From Balanoglossus misakiensis (lineage: Eukaryota > Animalia > Hemichordata), in assembly GCA_040954595.2 (NCBI GenBank), contig CM082578.2:4074831-4138830 (forward strand): a DNA stretch of 64,000 nucleotides. The letters run 5' to 3'. Below the pieces are notes generated by a model. That model was not told the origin of the DNA. It worked only from the letters and a program-made list of their open reading frames with translations, and did no database searches. The stretch's first letter is position 1; every line of letters begins with the position of its first letter. Shown here in pieces: positions 40,601-55,600 of the stretch. Made by a program: the position numbers and the translations under genes.

Positions 40601-43600
40601 TACATACCTCCATACCAGGCATTATATGGTCAGTTGTATATGATGTTTTTATGGCAAAGTAATGTAAATGGAACATTTGAATATGAACTGCACAGTAATG
40701 AACTTTCAGCAGCTTTTGCAGGCTCAAATTGTAATTACGGACTTGACATTCTCAACTGCCTTCTGAAATTCTGGAATCATAGAATCTGCAAGTACTGCAG
40801 CCTTGTGATCATTACTGTCTGCATGACAAGTGAGAGTACTTGTACGGAAATTCACGTTCGCCCCAGTCATCGTATTTCGTTTATTATTTTCGCGGTTAAA
40901 ATGCAGCCATTTAAAATCTTGAAGCCATTCATCTTGAAATGCAATTTGATTAACTTTCACTAATGTCCGAAGTCGCTCGCTTTCTGAAACCTTTTGTACT
41001 TTTGTATATATTCACCCGTGGAGATCACATACTGAATGCAACGCTCACTCATCCCCAGGAGAACACCATTAACAACGATGTTAACGGCATAAGTAGAAGT
41101 TAATCGCATCATTATTGGCGTCAGTTTGGAGGTAGAGGTAAAGGCAGGGAAAGGATTGTGCCCCGACAAAATTGAATTTCGGCTGAAAAAGCTGCGGACA
41201 TGATGCGGGCCGCAGATGCGCAATTTTGGTCTATGGAGCCTTGCAGGGCTGTGGTGGGGAGTGCCTATAACACAAGGAACACACAGAACCGTACACAGGG
41301 ATAACTATTCTATGTGCTTGTGAAGCTCATATTTAAAGGCAATAGATCGTCTCACGCGCATGGGTATAGCCAGCAAATGTTCAGCAAATTTTCCATTCGA
41401 TGCATTTAAATAGTGGACTGCCTTCACTTCCTTCCATACGGTATTTCATGCGCACCGTATAAGTAGATTCTGGTTTTGTCCCTCGTTTTCACCCAAGCTA
41501 GTGTCTTTTCACGATCTCCGACACAGATTATGGTCGCCGCCATCTTCTCTGTTGTTAGGACAGAGCACTGCCTTATGGGATTGACTGTTCACTACACGTC
41601 TGTAACCAGTGGCTACAGTTGGAACATGCGTGTGAGACGAGCTAGGCGCTTTAACCTGCTGTATGGAGATAGACAGCAATCTGTTTTCTGGCAACATACA
41701 TGTATAGAAATAGATGCTTAGGATTACCTGTGCTATTCTGTTCAGGTTGGGTTCTAAGCAATCTTGCACTGTTTGCCGCTGCTCCATTCTGTGAAAACTT
41801 TGTCTGCAAGAAATATGCTTGTAAGATTGCTTGGCTTCAAATCCATGAAATGCATAATGTGACTTTAATCACATGCATAGCTTCACGTAACTAGAGTACC
41901 ACATCAAAGTATGGTAATATGTAGTCTTGCTCCAAGACTGTGTGATACTGAAATGCGCGTCCGCGTTACGCATTGAACGTCCTGTGGACCCGACGCTAAT
42001 CACACAGTCTTGCCGATTCTGTAAACGCCCTCAAGTGGTTTTACCAGATTTTGGTAAGTAGCGGAGAACATTCAAACTTCATATGTCTGTCAATCAAACT
42101 AGCGTCGCGTCCACCTGATGTTCTATACGCGTACATACCACGTACAGAATACCCATTTTTGGACGTTATCGCGAGCGTGTGTGCGCTTCTAGATGTTCTA
42201 TATGCGAATTAACGCCGCTCATGAATATTCATATCAAATATATGTGTACATAAACGTACAGTCGCTCTGCCTGGCGACGCATCATACGCAGTCTGATGAA
42301 AGTTCCATTCTTATCGACAGGCACAGCGACTGCTATAGTGTCTAGGTAATATGGTGCAAATTATATTGTTATACTTCTTCTAACATCACCAGCTAAACTT
42401 CTTTTAGCTTGTAAACAGAATACTCTTTGGTCAACAAATCACACATAGGGACGTGTCTCATTGGCTGAGATTGCTTTCTCAATGGCCAAATACAAACTGT
42501 GGTTAAAACAACTGAGGAAGCATATAAGCATCAAGCTATCAAATAACCACAGGAACAATACCGGTAATGGTGAGACAAAGCGATGGTACCACAGACGAAC
42601 CAGACACTTATCCCATTATGTAAAATGTCCATGCATAGCTGGATCAATACATAACTATGAGACCTAAATCACCTGTTAGATGGGACAGCATAACATTGAC
42701 ACAATACAAGTCTCACAAGATCATCTTTCTATCATATATCCATGCCAATTTCTATAATCGCGACATTTTTTGATTTCTCAGTTCAAGATTCGATTTCACA
42801 ATGCAACATTTGATTTCCAAATCTCCAGTACATGCAATTCTATCTGCCAAACTTGACTAATGTAACTCACTCCTGTATGGTCTCCCTGAGAAATGGAATG
42901 TTGCATTGTGAAATGGAATCTTGAACTGAGAAATGGAATGTTGCATTGTGAAATGGAATCTTGAACTGAGAAATGGAATGTTGCATTGTGAAATGGAATC
43001 TTGAACTGAGAAATGGAATGGTGCATTGTGAAATGGAATCTTGAACTGAGAAATGGAATGGTGCATTGTGAAATGGAATCTTGAACTGAGAAATGGAATG
43101 TTGCGTTGTGGAATGGAATCTTGAACTGAGAAATGGAATGTTGCGATGTGGAATGGAATCTTGAACTGAGAAATGGAATGTTGCGTTGTGAAATGGAATG
43201 TTGAACTGAGAAATGGAATGTCGCGTTGTGAAATGGAATCTTGAACTGAGAAATGGAATGTCGCGTTGTGAAATGGAATCTTGAACTGAGAAATGGAATG
43301 TTGCATTGTGAAATGGAATCTTGAACTGAGATATGGAATGTTGCGTTGTGAAATGGAATCTTGAACTGAGATATGGAATGTTGCGTTGTGAAATGGAATG
43401 TTGAACTGAGATATGGAATGTTGCGTTGTGAAATGGAATCTTGAACTGAAAAATGGAATGTTGCGTTGTGAAATGGAATCTTGAACTGAGAAATGGAATG
43501 TTGCATTGTGAAATGGAATCTTGAACTGAGAAATGGAATGTTGCCTTGTGAAATGGAATGTTGAACTGAGATATGGAATGTTGCGTTGTGAAATGGAATG

Positions 43601-46600
43601 TTGAACTGAGATATGGAATGTTGCGTTGTGAAATGGAATCTTGAACTGAAAAATGGAATGTTGCGTTGTGAAATGGAATCTTGAACTGAGATATGGAATG
43701 TTGCGTTGTGAAATGGAATGTTGAACTGAGATATGGAATGTTGCGTTGTGAAATGGAATCTTGAACTGAAAAATGGAATGTTGCGTTGTGAAATGGAATC
43801 TTGAACTGAGATATGGAATGTTGCGTTGTGAAATGGAATGTTGAACTGAGATATGGAATGTTGCGTTGTGAAATGGAATCTTGAACTGAAAAATGGAATG
43901 TTGCCTTGTGAAATGGAATCTTGAACTGAGAAATGGAATGTTGCATTGTGAAATGGAATCTTGAACTGAGAAATGGAATGTTGCCTTGTGAAATAGAATG
44001 TTGAACTGAGAAATGGAATGTTGCGTTGTGAAATGGAATGTTGAACTGAGAAATGGAATGTTGCATTGTGGAATGGAATGTTGAACTGAGAAATGGAATG
44101 TTGCCTTGTGAAATGGAATCTTGAACTGAGAAATGGAATGTTGCGTTGTGAAATGGAATCTTGAACTGAGAAATGGAATGTCGCATTGTGAAATGGAATG
44201 TTGAACTGAGAAATGGAATGTTGCATTGTGAAATGGAATGTTGAACTGAGAAATGGAATGTTGCGTTGTGAAATGGAATGTTGAACTGAGAAATGGAATG
44301 TCGCGTTGTGAAATGGAATCTTGAACTGAGAAATGGAATGTCGCATTGTGAAATGGAATGTTGAACTGAGAAATGGAATGTCGCATTGTGAAATGGAATC
44401 TTGAACTGAGAAATGGAATGTCGCATTGTGAAATGGAATCTTGAACTGAGAAATGGAATGTTGCCTTGTGAAATAGAATGTTGAACTGAGAAATGGAATG
44501 TTGCGTTGTGGAATGGAATGTTGAACTGAGAAATGGAATGTTGCATTGTGGAATGGAATGTTGAACTGAGAAATGGAATGTTGCGTTGTGGAATGGAATG
44601 TTGAACTGAGAAATGGAATGTTGCGTTGTGAAATGGAATGTTGAACTGAGAAATGGAATGTTGCATTGTGAAATGGAATCTTGAACTGAGAAATGGAATG
44701 TCGCGTTGTGGAATGGAATGTTGAACTGAGAAATAGAATGTCGCATTGTGAAATGGAATGTTGAACTGAGAAATGGAATGTCGCATTGTGAAATGGAATG
44801 AAATTGAATGTTGAACTGAGAAATGGAATGTTGCATTGTGAAATGGAATCTTGAACTGAGAAATGGAATGTCGCGTTGTGGAATGGAATGTTGAACTGAG
44901 AAATAGAATGTTGCATTGTGAAATGGAATCTTGAACTGAGAAATGGAATGTTGCGTTGAGCAATGGAATGTTGAACTGAGAAATGGAATGTTGCGTTGTG
45001 AAATGGAATGTTGAACTGAGAAATGGAATGTTGCGTTGTGAAATGGAATGTTGAACTGAGAAATGGAATGTTGAACTGAGAAATAGAATGTTGCATTGTG
45101 AAATGGAATGTTGAACTGAGAAATGGAATGTTGCGTTATGAAATGGAATCTTGAACTGAGAAATGGAATGTTGCGTTGTGAAATGGAATCTTGAACTGAG
45201 AAATGGAATGTTGCGTTGTGAAATGGAATGTTGAACTGAGAAATGGAATGTTGCATTTTGAAATGGAATGTTGAACTGAGAAATAGAATGTTGCATTGTG
45301 AAATGGAATGTTGAACTGAGAAATGGAATGTTGTTGAGGAATGGAATGTTGCGTTGTGAAATGGAATGTTGAACTGAGAAATGGAATGTTGCGTTGTGAA
45401 ATGGAATGTTGAACTGAGAAATGGAATGTTGCGTTGTGAAATGGAATGTTGAACTGAGAAATGGAATGTTGCGTTGTGAAATGGAATGTTGAACTGAGAA
45501 ATGGAATGTTGCATTGTGAAAGGGAATGTTGAACTGAGAAATGGAATGTTGCGTTGTGAAATGGAATGTTGAACTGAGAAATGGAATGTTGCATTGTGAA
45601 ATGGAATCTTGAACTGAGAAATGGAATGTCGCGTTGTGGAATGGAATGTTGAACTGAGAAATAGAATGTCGCATTGTGAAATGGAATGTTGAACTGAGAA
45701 ATGGAATGTCGCATTGTGAAATGGAATGAAATTGAATGTTGAACTGAGAAATGGAATGTTGCATTGTGAAATGGAATCTTGAACTGAGAAATGGAATGTC
45801 GCGTTGTGGAATGGAATGTTGAACTGAGAAATAGAATGTTGCATTGTGAAATGGAATCTTGAACTGAGAAATGGAATGTTGCGTTGAGCAATGGAATGTT
45901 GAACTGAGAAATGGAATGTTGCGTTGTGAAATGGAATGTTGAACTGAGAAATGGAATGTTGCGTTGTGAAATGGAATGTTGAACTGAGAAATGGAATGTT
46001 GAACTGAGAAATAGAATGTTGCATTGTGAAATGGAATGTTGAACTGAGAAATGGAATGTTGCGTTATGAAATGGAATCTTGAACTGAGAAATGGAATGTT
46101 GCGTTGTGAAATGGAATCTTGAACTGAGAAATGGAATGTTGCGTTGTGAAATGGAATGTTGAACTGAGAAATGGAATGTTGCATTTTGAAATGGAATGTT
46201 GAACTGAGAAATAGAATGTTGCATTGTGAAATGGAATGTTGAACTGAGAAATGGAATGTTGTTGAGGAATGGAATGTTGCGTTGTGAAATGGAATGTTGA
46301 ACTGAGAAATGGAATGTTGCGTTGTGAAATGGAATGTTGAACTGAGAAATGGAACGTTGCGTTGTGAAATGGAATGTTGAACTGAGAAATGGAATGTTGC
46401 GTTGTGAAATGGAATGTTGAACTGAGAAATGGAATGTTGCATTGTGAAAGGGAATGTTGAACTGAGAAATGGAATGTTGCGTTGTGAAATGGAATGTTGA
46501 ACTGAGAAATGGAATGTTGCATTGTGAAATGGAATGTTGAACTGAGAAATGGAATGTTGCATTGTGAAATGGAATGTTGAACTGAGAAATGGAATGTTGC

Positions 46601-49600
46601 GTTGTGAAATGGAATGTTGAACTGAGATATGGAATGTTGCGTTGTGAAATGGAATCTTGAACTGAAAAATGGAATGTTGCGTTGTGAAATGGAATCTTGA
46701 ACTGAGATATGGAATGTTGCGTTGTGAAATGGAATGTTGAACTGAGATATGGAATGTTGCGTTGTGAAATGGAATCTTGAACTGAAAAATGGAATGTTGC
46801 GTTGTGAAATGGAATCTTGAACTGAGAAATGGAATGTTGCATTGTGAAATGGAATCTTGAACTGAGAAATGGAATGTTGCCTTGTGAAATAGAATGTTGA
46901 ACTGAGAAATGGAATGTTGCGTTGTGAAATGGAATGTTGAACTGAGAAATGGAATGTTGCATTGTGGAATGGAATGTTGAACTGAGAAATGGAATGTTGC
47001 CTTGTGAAATGGAATCTTGAACTGAGAAATGGAATGTTGCGTTGTGAAATGGAATGTTGAACTGAGAAATGGAATGTGGCATTGTGAAATGGAATGTTGA
47101 ACTGAGAAATGGAATGTTGCGTTGTGAAATGGAATGTTGAACTGAGAAATGGAATGTTGCGTTGTGAAATGGAATGTTGAACTGAGAAATGGAATGTCGC
47201 GTTGTGAAATGGAATCTTGAACTGAGAAATGGAATGTCGCATTGTGAAATGGAATGTTGAACTGAGAAATGGAATGTCGCATTGTGAAATGGAATCTTGA
47301 ACTGAGAAATGGAATGTCGCATTGTGAAATGGAATCTTGAACTGAGAAATGGAATGTTGCCTTGTGGAATAGAATGTTGAACTGAGAAATGGAATGTTGC
47401 GTTGTGGAATGGAATGTTGAACTGAGAAATGGAATGTTGCATTGTGGAATGGAATGTTGAACTGAGAAATGGAATGTTGCGTTGTGGAATGGAATGTTGA
47501 ACTGAGAAATGGAATGTTGCGTTGTGAAATGGAATGTTGAACTGAGAAATGGAATGTTGCATTGTGGAATGGAATCTTGAACTGAGAAATGGAATGTCGC
47601 GTTGTGGAATGGAATGTTGAACTGAGAAATAGAATGTCGCATTGTGAAATGGAATGTTGAACTGAGAAATGGAATGTCGCATTGTGAAATGGAATGAAAT
47701 TGAATGTTGAACTGAGAAATGGAATGTTGCATTGTGAAATGGAATCTTGAACTGAGAAATGGAATGTCGCGTTGTGGAATGGAATGTTGAACTGAGAAAT
47801 AGAATGTTGCATTGTGAAATGGAATCTTGAACTGAGAAATGGAATGTTGCGTTGAGCAATGGAATGTTGAACTGAGAAATGGAATGTTGCGTTGTGAAAT
47901 GGAATGTTGAACTGAGAAATGGAATGTTGCGTTGTGAAATGGAATGTTGAACTGAGAAATGGAATGTTGAACTGAGAAATAGAATGTTGCATTGTGAAAT
48001 GGAATGTTGAACTGAGAAATGGAATGTTGCGTTATGAAATGGAATCTTGAACTGAGAAATGGAATGTTGCGTTGTGAAATGGAATCTTGAACTGAGAAAT
48101 GGAATGTTGCGTTGTGAAATGGAATGTTGAACTGAGAAATGGAATGTTGCATTTTGAAATGGAATGTTGAACTGAGAAATAGAATGTTGCATTGTGAAAT
48201 GGAATGTTGAACTGAGAAATGGAATGTTGTTGAGGAATGGAATGTTGCGTTGTGAAATGGAATGTTGAACTGAGAAATGGAATGTTGCGTTGTGAAATGG
48301 AATGTTGAACTGAGAAATGGAATGTTGCGTTGTGAAATGGAATGTTGAACTGAGAAATGGAATGTTGCGTTGTGAAATGGAATGTTGAACTGAGAAATGG
48401 AATGTTGCATTGTGAAAGGGAATGTTGAACTGAGAAATGGAATGTTGCGTTGTGAAATGGAATGTTGAACTGAGAAATGGAATGTTGCATTGTGAAATGG
48501 AATGTTGAACTGAGAAATGGAATGTTGCATTGTGAAATGGAATGTTGAACTGAGAAATGGAATGTTGCGTTGTGAAATGGAATGTTGAACTGAGATATGG
48601 AATGTTGCGTTGTGAAATGGAATCTTGAACTGAAAAATGGAATGTTGCGTTGTGAAATGGAATCTTGAACTGAGATATGGAATGTTGCGTTGTGAAATGG
48701 AATGTTGAACTGAGATATGGAATGTTGCGTTGTGAAATGGAATCTTGAACTGAAAAATGGAATGTTGCGTTGTGAAATGGAATCTTGAACTGAGAAATGG
48801 AATGTTGCATTGTGAAATGGAATCTTGAACTGAGAAATGGAATGTTGCCTTGTGAAATAGAATGTTGAACTGAGAAATGGAATGTTGCGTTGTGAAATGG
48901 AATGTTGAACTGAGAAATGGAATGTTGCATTGTGGAATGGAATGTTGAACTGAGAAATGGAATGTTGCCTTGTGAAATGGAATCTTGAACTGAGAAATGG
49001 AATGTTGCGTTGTGAAATGGAATGTTGAACTGAGAAATGGAATGTGGCATTGTGAAATGGAATGTTGAACTGAGAAATGGAATGTTGCATTGTGAAATGG
49101 AATGTTGAACTGAGAAATGGAATGTTGCGTTGTGAAATGGAATGTTGAACTGAGAAATGGAATGTCGCGTTGTGAAATGGAATCTTGAACTGAGAAATGG
49201 AATGTCGCATTGTGAAATGGAATGTTGAACTGAGAAATGGAATGTCGCATTGTGAAATGGAATCTTGAACTGAGAAATGGAATGTTGCCTTGTGAAATGG
49301 AATCTTGAACTGAGAAATGGAATGTTGCATTGTGAAATGGAATCTTGAACTGAGAAATGGAATGTCGCGTTGTGGAATGGAATGTTGAACTGAGAAATAG
49401 AATGTCGCATTGTGAAATGGAATGTTGAACTGAGAAATGGAATGTCGCATTGTGAAATGGAATGAAATTGAATGTTGAACTGAGAAATGGAATGTTGCAT
49501 TGTGAAATGGAATCTTGAACTGAGAAATGGAATGTCGCGTTGTGGAATGGAATGTTGAACTGAGAAATAGAATGTTGCATTGTGAAATGGAATCTTGAAC

Positions 49601-52600
49601 TGAGAAATGGAATGTTGCGTTGAGCAATGGAATGTTGAACTGAGAAATGGAATGTTGCGTTGTGAAATGGAATGTTGAACTGAGAAATGGAATGTTGCGT
49701 TGTGAAATGGAATGTTGAACTGAGAAATGGAATGTTGAACTGAGAAATAGAATGTTGCATTGTGAAATGGAATGTTGAACTGAGAAATGGAATGTTGCGT
49801 TATGAAATGGAATCTTGAACTGAGAAATGGAATGTTGCGTTGTGAAATGGAATCTTGAACTGAGAAATGGAATGTTGCGTTGTGAAATGGAATGTTGAAC
49901 TGAGAAATGGAATGTTGCGTTGTGAAATGGAATGTTGAACTGAGAAATGGAATGTTGCGTTGTGAAATGGAATGTTGAACTGAGAAATGGAATGTTGCCT
50001 TGTGAAATGGAATGTTGAACTGAGAAATGGAATGTTGCCTTGTGAAATGGAATGTTGAACTGAGAAATGGAATGTTGCGTTGTGAAATGGAATGTTGAAC
50101 TGAGAAATGGAATGTTGCGTTGTGAAATGGAATGTTGAACTGAGAAATGGAATGTTGCGTTGTGAAATGGAATGTTGAACTGAGAAATGGAATGTTGCGT
50201 TGTGGAATGGAATGTTGAACTGAGAAATGGAATGTTGCGTTGTGAAATGGAATGTTGAACTGAGAAATGGAATGTTGCATTGTGAAATGGAATGTTGAAC
50301 TGAGAAATGGAATGTTGCGTTGTGAAATGGAATGTTGAACTGAGAAATGGAATGTTGCGTTGTGAAATGGAATGTTGAACTGAGAAATGGAATGTTGCGT
50401 TGTGAAATGGAATGTTGAACTGAGAAATGGAATGTTGCGTTGTGAAATGGAATGTTGAACTGAGAAATGGAATGTTGCATTGTGAAATGGAATGTTGAAC
50501 TGAGAAATGGAATGTTGCATTGTGAAATGGAATCTTGAACTGAGAAATGGAATGTTGCATTGTGAAATGGAATCTTGAACTGAGAAATGGAATGTTGCAT
50601 TGTGAAATGGAATCTTGAACTGAGAAATGGAATGTTGCATTGTGAAATGGAATCTTGAACTGAGAAATGGAATGTTGAATAGAAATAAGAATAGCAAAAT
50701 GAGGAGTTGTAATTTTGTCTGGATTGGACACCATATAATGGTGAGCAGCTGTACCTGTTCATCCCAGGCAAATTTCCCCAGAAGTATCTTGTTCTGTTCA
50801 TTGCAGACACATCTTCGGCATCGAAAGTCACTGGATCGTCCTGTTTGAGATAAACTAGCTTTTGATGAATGGATGTCTGATAAATTATCACAATATGGAC
50901 ACTCTTTATAGATATATATATATGCTAGCTTTGGGTTCAGTTATTCAAGAAAACCCCATGTTCCGCATGTACCGTTATAACTTGCATAATTGTTTTTTTA
51001 TGGAAAAAACAAACCAAGGGCTCGTCTTGACTTCCGTCACGTACAATGATATGGCAGGGACCATTTTCCGATGGTGGGCAGGGTCTTATTGGATGACAAA
51101 GAACAGTAATCACACAAGCAAACAGATACCGGTAGACTGTTCAACTGTTGACACCCGCTTGTGCTTTTTGACAATTCTTTCTCACACTGTACATGTACAG
51201 TCAAACCTGTGTTAGTGACCACCTCTATATAGTGACCACCTCTATATAGTGGCCACTTAGTTACAGTCCCTGTACAATTTACACGTGTATAAATTAACCT
51301 GTCTATAAAGACCACCTGTCTATAAAGGCCAGTTTGGTAAAGTCCCTTGACTGGCCACTATAGACAGGTTTGACTGTATATATAACTGTGTGAAAATTTC
51401 TCTATACATACCATGTATACCAATTGGGACCTAACTCGGCCTAAGTTACAACTATATAATGACCCTTAACCATAATTATTTATAAAAATTTCACTGAGCA
51501 GTTTGCTTACAAGTCTCTGCGTTTCTTCTTCCAAAATAAAGAAGGAAAATGTGTGTCTTACCAGCAGAAATCTCGTAATTGTAGAGAGATCCTCTTCTAT
51601 GATATCAGTCTCACTTTCAAACAGCCAAAATAATGGTCTGTTGGTATTGACATTCTCCGTCAAAATTTTATACATCCGATAAAATTCAAACATTCGGTTG
51701 ACACTGGGCCCTATAGAATATAAAACAAATTTATAGTAGCTATGTCATCAAAACAAACCTCAAATAGACAGGTAATTGTCTAATATGTGGGTCACACACT
51801 CACCATTAAAAAAACAAGAGGTCCGTGCACAGTGGTTCTGAAACGTGTCAGATTTGAGATAGCTTTGCCAGCCAGACCAGAGCCGGTGAAAGGATTAACA
51901 CCTCTCTGCAAACCATTGTGTATGGGGCTGACCCTCAGCGCCTATACAAAAACTTTGTGTGTGTGGACACAATGTGACTCTCTGTGTTTACCATAGATAA
52001 TAGTTTCTCAAGTTTTACCCTGTGTGAACCTGGTATAACTGTCGTAACTGTCATATATCATTCTTAATAAACAGAATAAATAAGCCCCCAAAAATTCAAA
52101 GAGATATAATCAAATTCACGTTCCATTATACTTTGGATACAATGTTTAGGGGTATCCTTCATTTAGATGGCATATTTACATATCTGGTGTAAGGAAAACT
52201 ACAATCTACATCACTGAAGGTTAGAACAATGACATGAGATTTTCTTATGTTCTTCAGAATACTTACACAATGCCGAATTGCTTTGATCTAGTAGCTTCAT
52301 CCTCTTCTTTTTGGTAGCTGTGAGTTTGATATCACTCACTTGACAATTTGCAATCAGAAGATCGATGGGACCCCATTCTTCCAGCTGCCGAGAAAACAAT
52401 AGCATCAATATTCTGCTTCGATTTTGATCACAGGTGACACATATGAAAGATTTGCTTGCTTGGTTCCTAGAAATAACCGACTTTTTGAGGCCCACACCTT
52501 TGTAGTAGATTAATATGTGCTTATTGTCAGTGGTTTACTGTTTTGTAAGATTTTTCCTCTCGCCAGTGGACTTTTGAACTGTGACCTCTTGTTTTGAGAT

Positions 52601-55600
52601 TTTGCTGTGTTTTTCTGACATTATCAGGAAACTGGCGAGGAATTCTGAAATGTTTATGCATTTTCACATCAATTCAATGTCAAGGTTACTTGGCCTTAAA
52701 GGGACAAAGTCTCTCTCTCGCTGCCCTTTTTCCATTAATTATTTTAGATTCAAGACACTGTTTATGTCAATGTACATGTGTGTATGTAGTGAATGAACTT
52801 TCAATGCACACAAATTCCATCCTGCTTGTATGATATGACAGTAAAAACTCGCCCAAAATGAATAAATGGTAAACACCGATTATTCATTTTGGCGAGTTTT
52901 TCACTCTCGTGTCTGCAAGTGGGATGGAAGCTGTCTATGGTCGAACATTGATTCACTATATATCTACATGTAGAATAACATAAACTGTGTCTTGTATCAA
53001 ACATAATTAATGGAAAAGGGGCAGCGAGAGAGAGACTTTGTCCCTTTAATAGCTCCATCTTGTTAGCCTTTAGTGTTTATTAATCTCCCACAAACAGAGC
53101 AAAATAACCAGATGCTTGACTTCATATGCAATGCAGGGATATAAATGTCAATATACAAGTTTTAACCAGAAAATCTTGCAGTGTTTTCACAAAAGTGTTA
53201 TCCTTGGCTAACAAGTAAATTTTCAGTACACTTAAATAAGAAATATATAAAGGAACTTTTGCTTCACCATGTGTTTCAAAAGGAAGGTGGGTTTCTGTCA
53301 AAAACAATAGCCAAACACCGTCAAAGTTGCATATCGCTGGTAAATTTCCAAATTTCACAGCAAAATGGACAAGGTGTTTCTGAGATATAATTTTTGACCA
53401 AAAATGGCACTGACAAGTTGCACTTCTCCAAGTAGAGACCTTTCAACTATATATAACACTTACATTTTGCCATGATATTTCACTGACATCACCTACGAAA
53501 GTGATGGCATCAGAATGATGTGCTGCGGCTACAGTAATGGCTTCTGGGTTGACTTCAGTGGCAAAATAACACTCAACTTTAATACCAAGCTTCTTCAGAC
53601 TCACCAGGACTTGTAAAATAAATCATAAACAGCATGACATGCATTATTATGTAAAACAACATCATGTAACAGAAGTCTTAAGCTTGGCTTTGTTCAAGAT
53701 AATAATCCCCAACATTTAAAGGATCGAAGTCTCTCTCTCGCCCCCCTTTTTTCATTAATTATATTTGATACAAGACACCATTTATGTTATTCTACATGTG
53801 GATATATAGTGAATCAACGTTCGACCACACACAACTTCCATCCTTTTTGTAGGATATGAGAGTATAAATCTTGCCAAAATGAATAAATTTTGGCAAGGTT
53901 TTACTCTCATATCATAAAAGCAGGTTTGAAGTTGTGTGTGGTTGAATGTTTATTTACTATATATCCACATGAATAACATAAACGGTGTCTTGTATCAAAT
54001 ATAATTAATGGAAAAAGGGGGGGGCGAGAGAGAGAAATCCCTTTAATTCCAATTTCAATTTGTGTACGATACGTTACCCTGAGCAAAATAATGAAGTATC
54101 CCTACAATAAACTCTGCCTCATCAGGATATCAGGCCCCAACTCAGCGTGCATATATATCATTCTGAATTTAATGTACAAAAGACAATTGCAAAAAAATTG
54201 GGAAATAAATGTTGTTCAGGTATATGTTACAGTTGGGTGAAATGCTGACAACTGACGTTTCAACTTTCTAGTTCCAGTATCATTAACAATGTAGCGAATG
54301 AAGTACAGAAACATCATGAAAGAGATTGTGCTAGTTTTGCGTGCACACATTGTAATTTTGCAGTAATATAATTGGGGTGAGTGAAAATCTGTACAAACTT
54401 GCATACAGACTATTATCCCATGAGCTTCCCCAGTATATAGTGTAACATATGGGAGTTTTTAGTCATAAAATTCTACTGTTAAAGGTGTGACTATTATAGA
54501 AGCAATGGACGACGCCCTGACCAGAAACGTTTGTTTAAGGGCGAGGGGAAAGCCAAAAATTCATAGGCGAGGCTCGCGAGCCCATGAATTTTGGCTTTCC
54601 TCGAGCCCGAGCCCATAAACAAACGTTAATGGTCAGGGCGGAGTCAGTTATTTCCACTATATTACCAACGAACTCAAGAAAACCGTCAAAATTTACGAAA
54701 ATGTCCCACGCACAAGACTAGGCGCCCCGGAACTTGTGTTACGCAAAATGTTGTATTTACTGAACTGTTTGTTAATTTTACTATTCAGATTTACGGGCAT
54801 AAAACAAACCATTACTGAGTATTTGTGGTCAGTGACGTTGTTCATCTCGACCAATTAAAATGCGACAACGCACAGGCCATGGTACCGGTATTATAATTGG
54901 TTATATTGGTCAAAAGAGTCCACAAACCTGGTGAAATGCCATCAAACAGTGACAAGACTCTGATTGGTCTTCGCTGCCAGACTGGAATAATCTGGAATTC
55001 GTCCATGTATGTGACTGTCTGGCAAGTGTCATCACTCTTCATGAGCTGATAAAGATTCTCTCTCCAGTCTTTTCTGCGTCTCAAAAACCCATTTACACAC
55101 TTCTGTTTACACATGAAACAGGTCCACGAATCATTCTGCAGTTCCTGACAGAGAAAACATTTCTGTAATTCAGTCCCAGTAATATGTGAGCTTATCTAAT
55201 ATTCGATGTGGTGACACTGGCCTGACTAACGGACACAACTGTGTCGTAAAGCATCAACTGACAACTTTTTGAAGTACCCTTCTTTCTCGTTTGAAAGCAT
55301 ATCTTTTGGTAGAGGCAAGCAAAGCACAATATTCAAACCAGAGATCCTGCTAGCCAAAGACAAGCACAACATTTTTTCTCTCATATAAGACTACTACATG
55401 CCCTCTGTACAATACTACCTGGGTTCCCGCTGCCGCTCATAAATGGCGTAAATTATGACAAAAATCAGATTTTCATGACAAATTATCAGAGAAGGTTGGT
55501 ATTTTTACGAGAGAAAACAATCAGCTGGGGGCATCATTGACAGCACATAATCAATTCATTCCGGCATCAAAGTTGTCGAGTGGTTCTAAAAATTAACTTC

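Noticed and set aside
42886-50678. Possible CRISPR-like array
   Set aside because: No unique spacers, only head-to-tail monomers. Eukaryotic context and no cas genes.
42796-50891. Very long - strand ORFs (up to 2297 aa, QHSISQFNIPFHNATFHFSV repeats)
   Set aside because: Artefact of a 40 bp repeat with almost no stop codons in any frame on that strand. It is open in all three frames and lies inside a DNMT3 intron.
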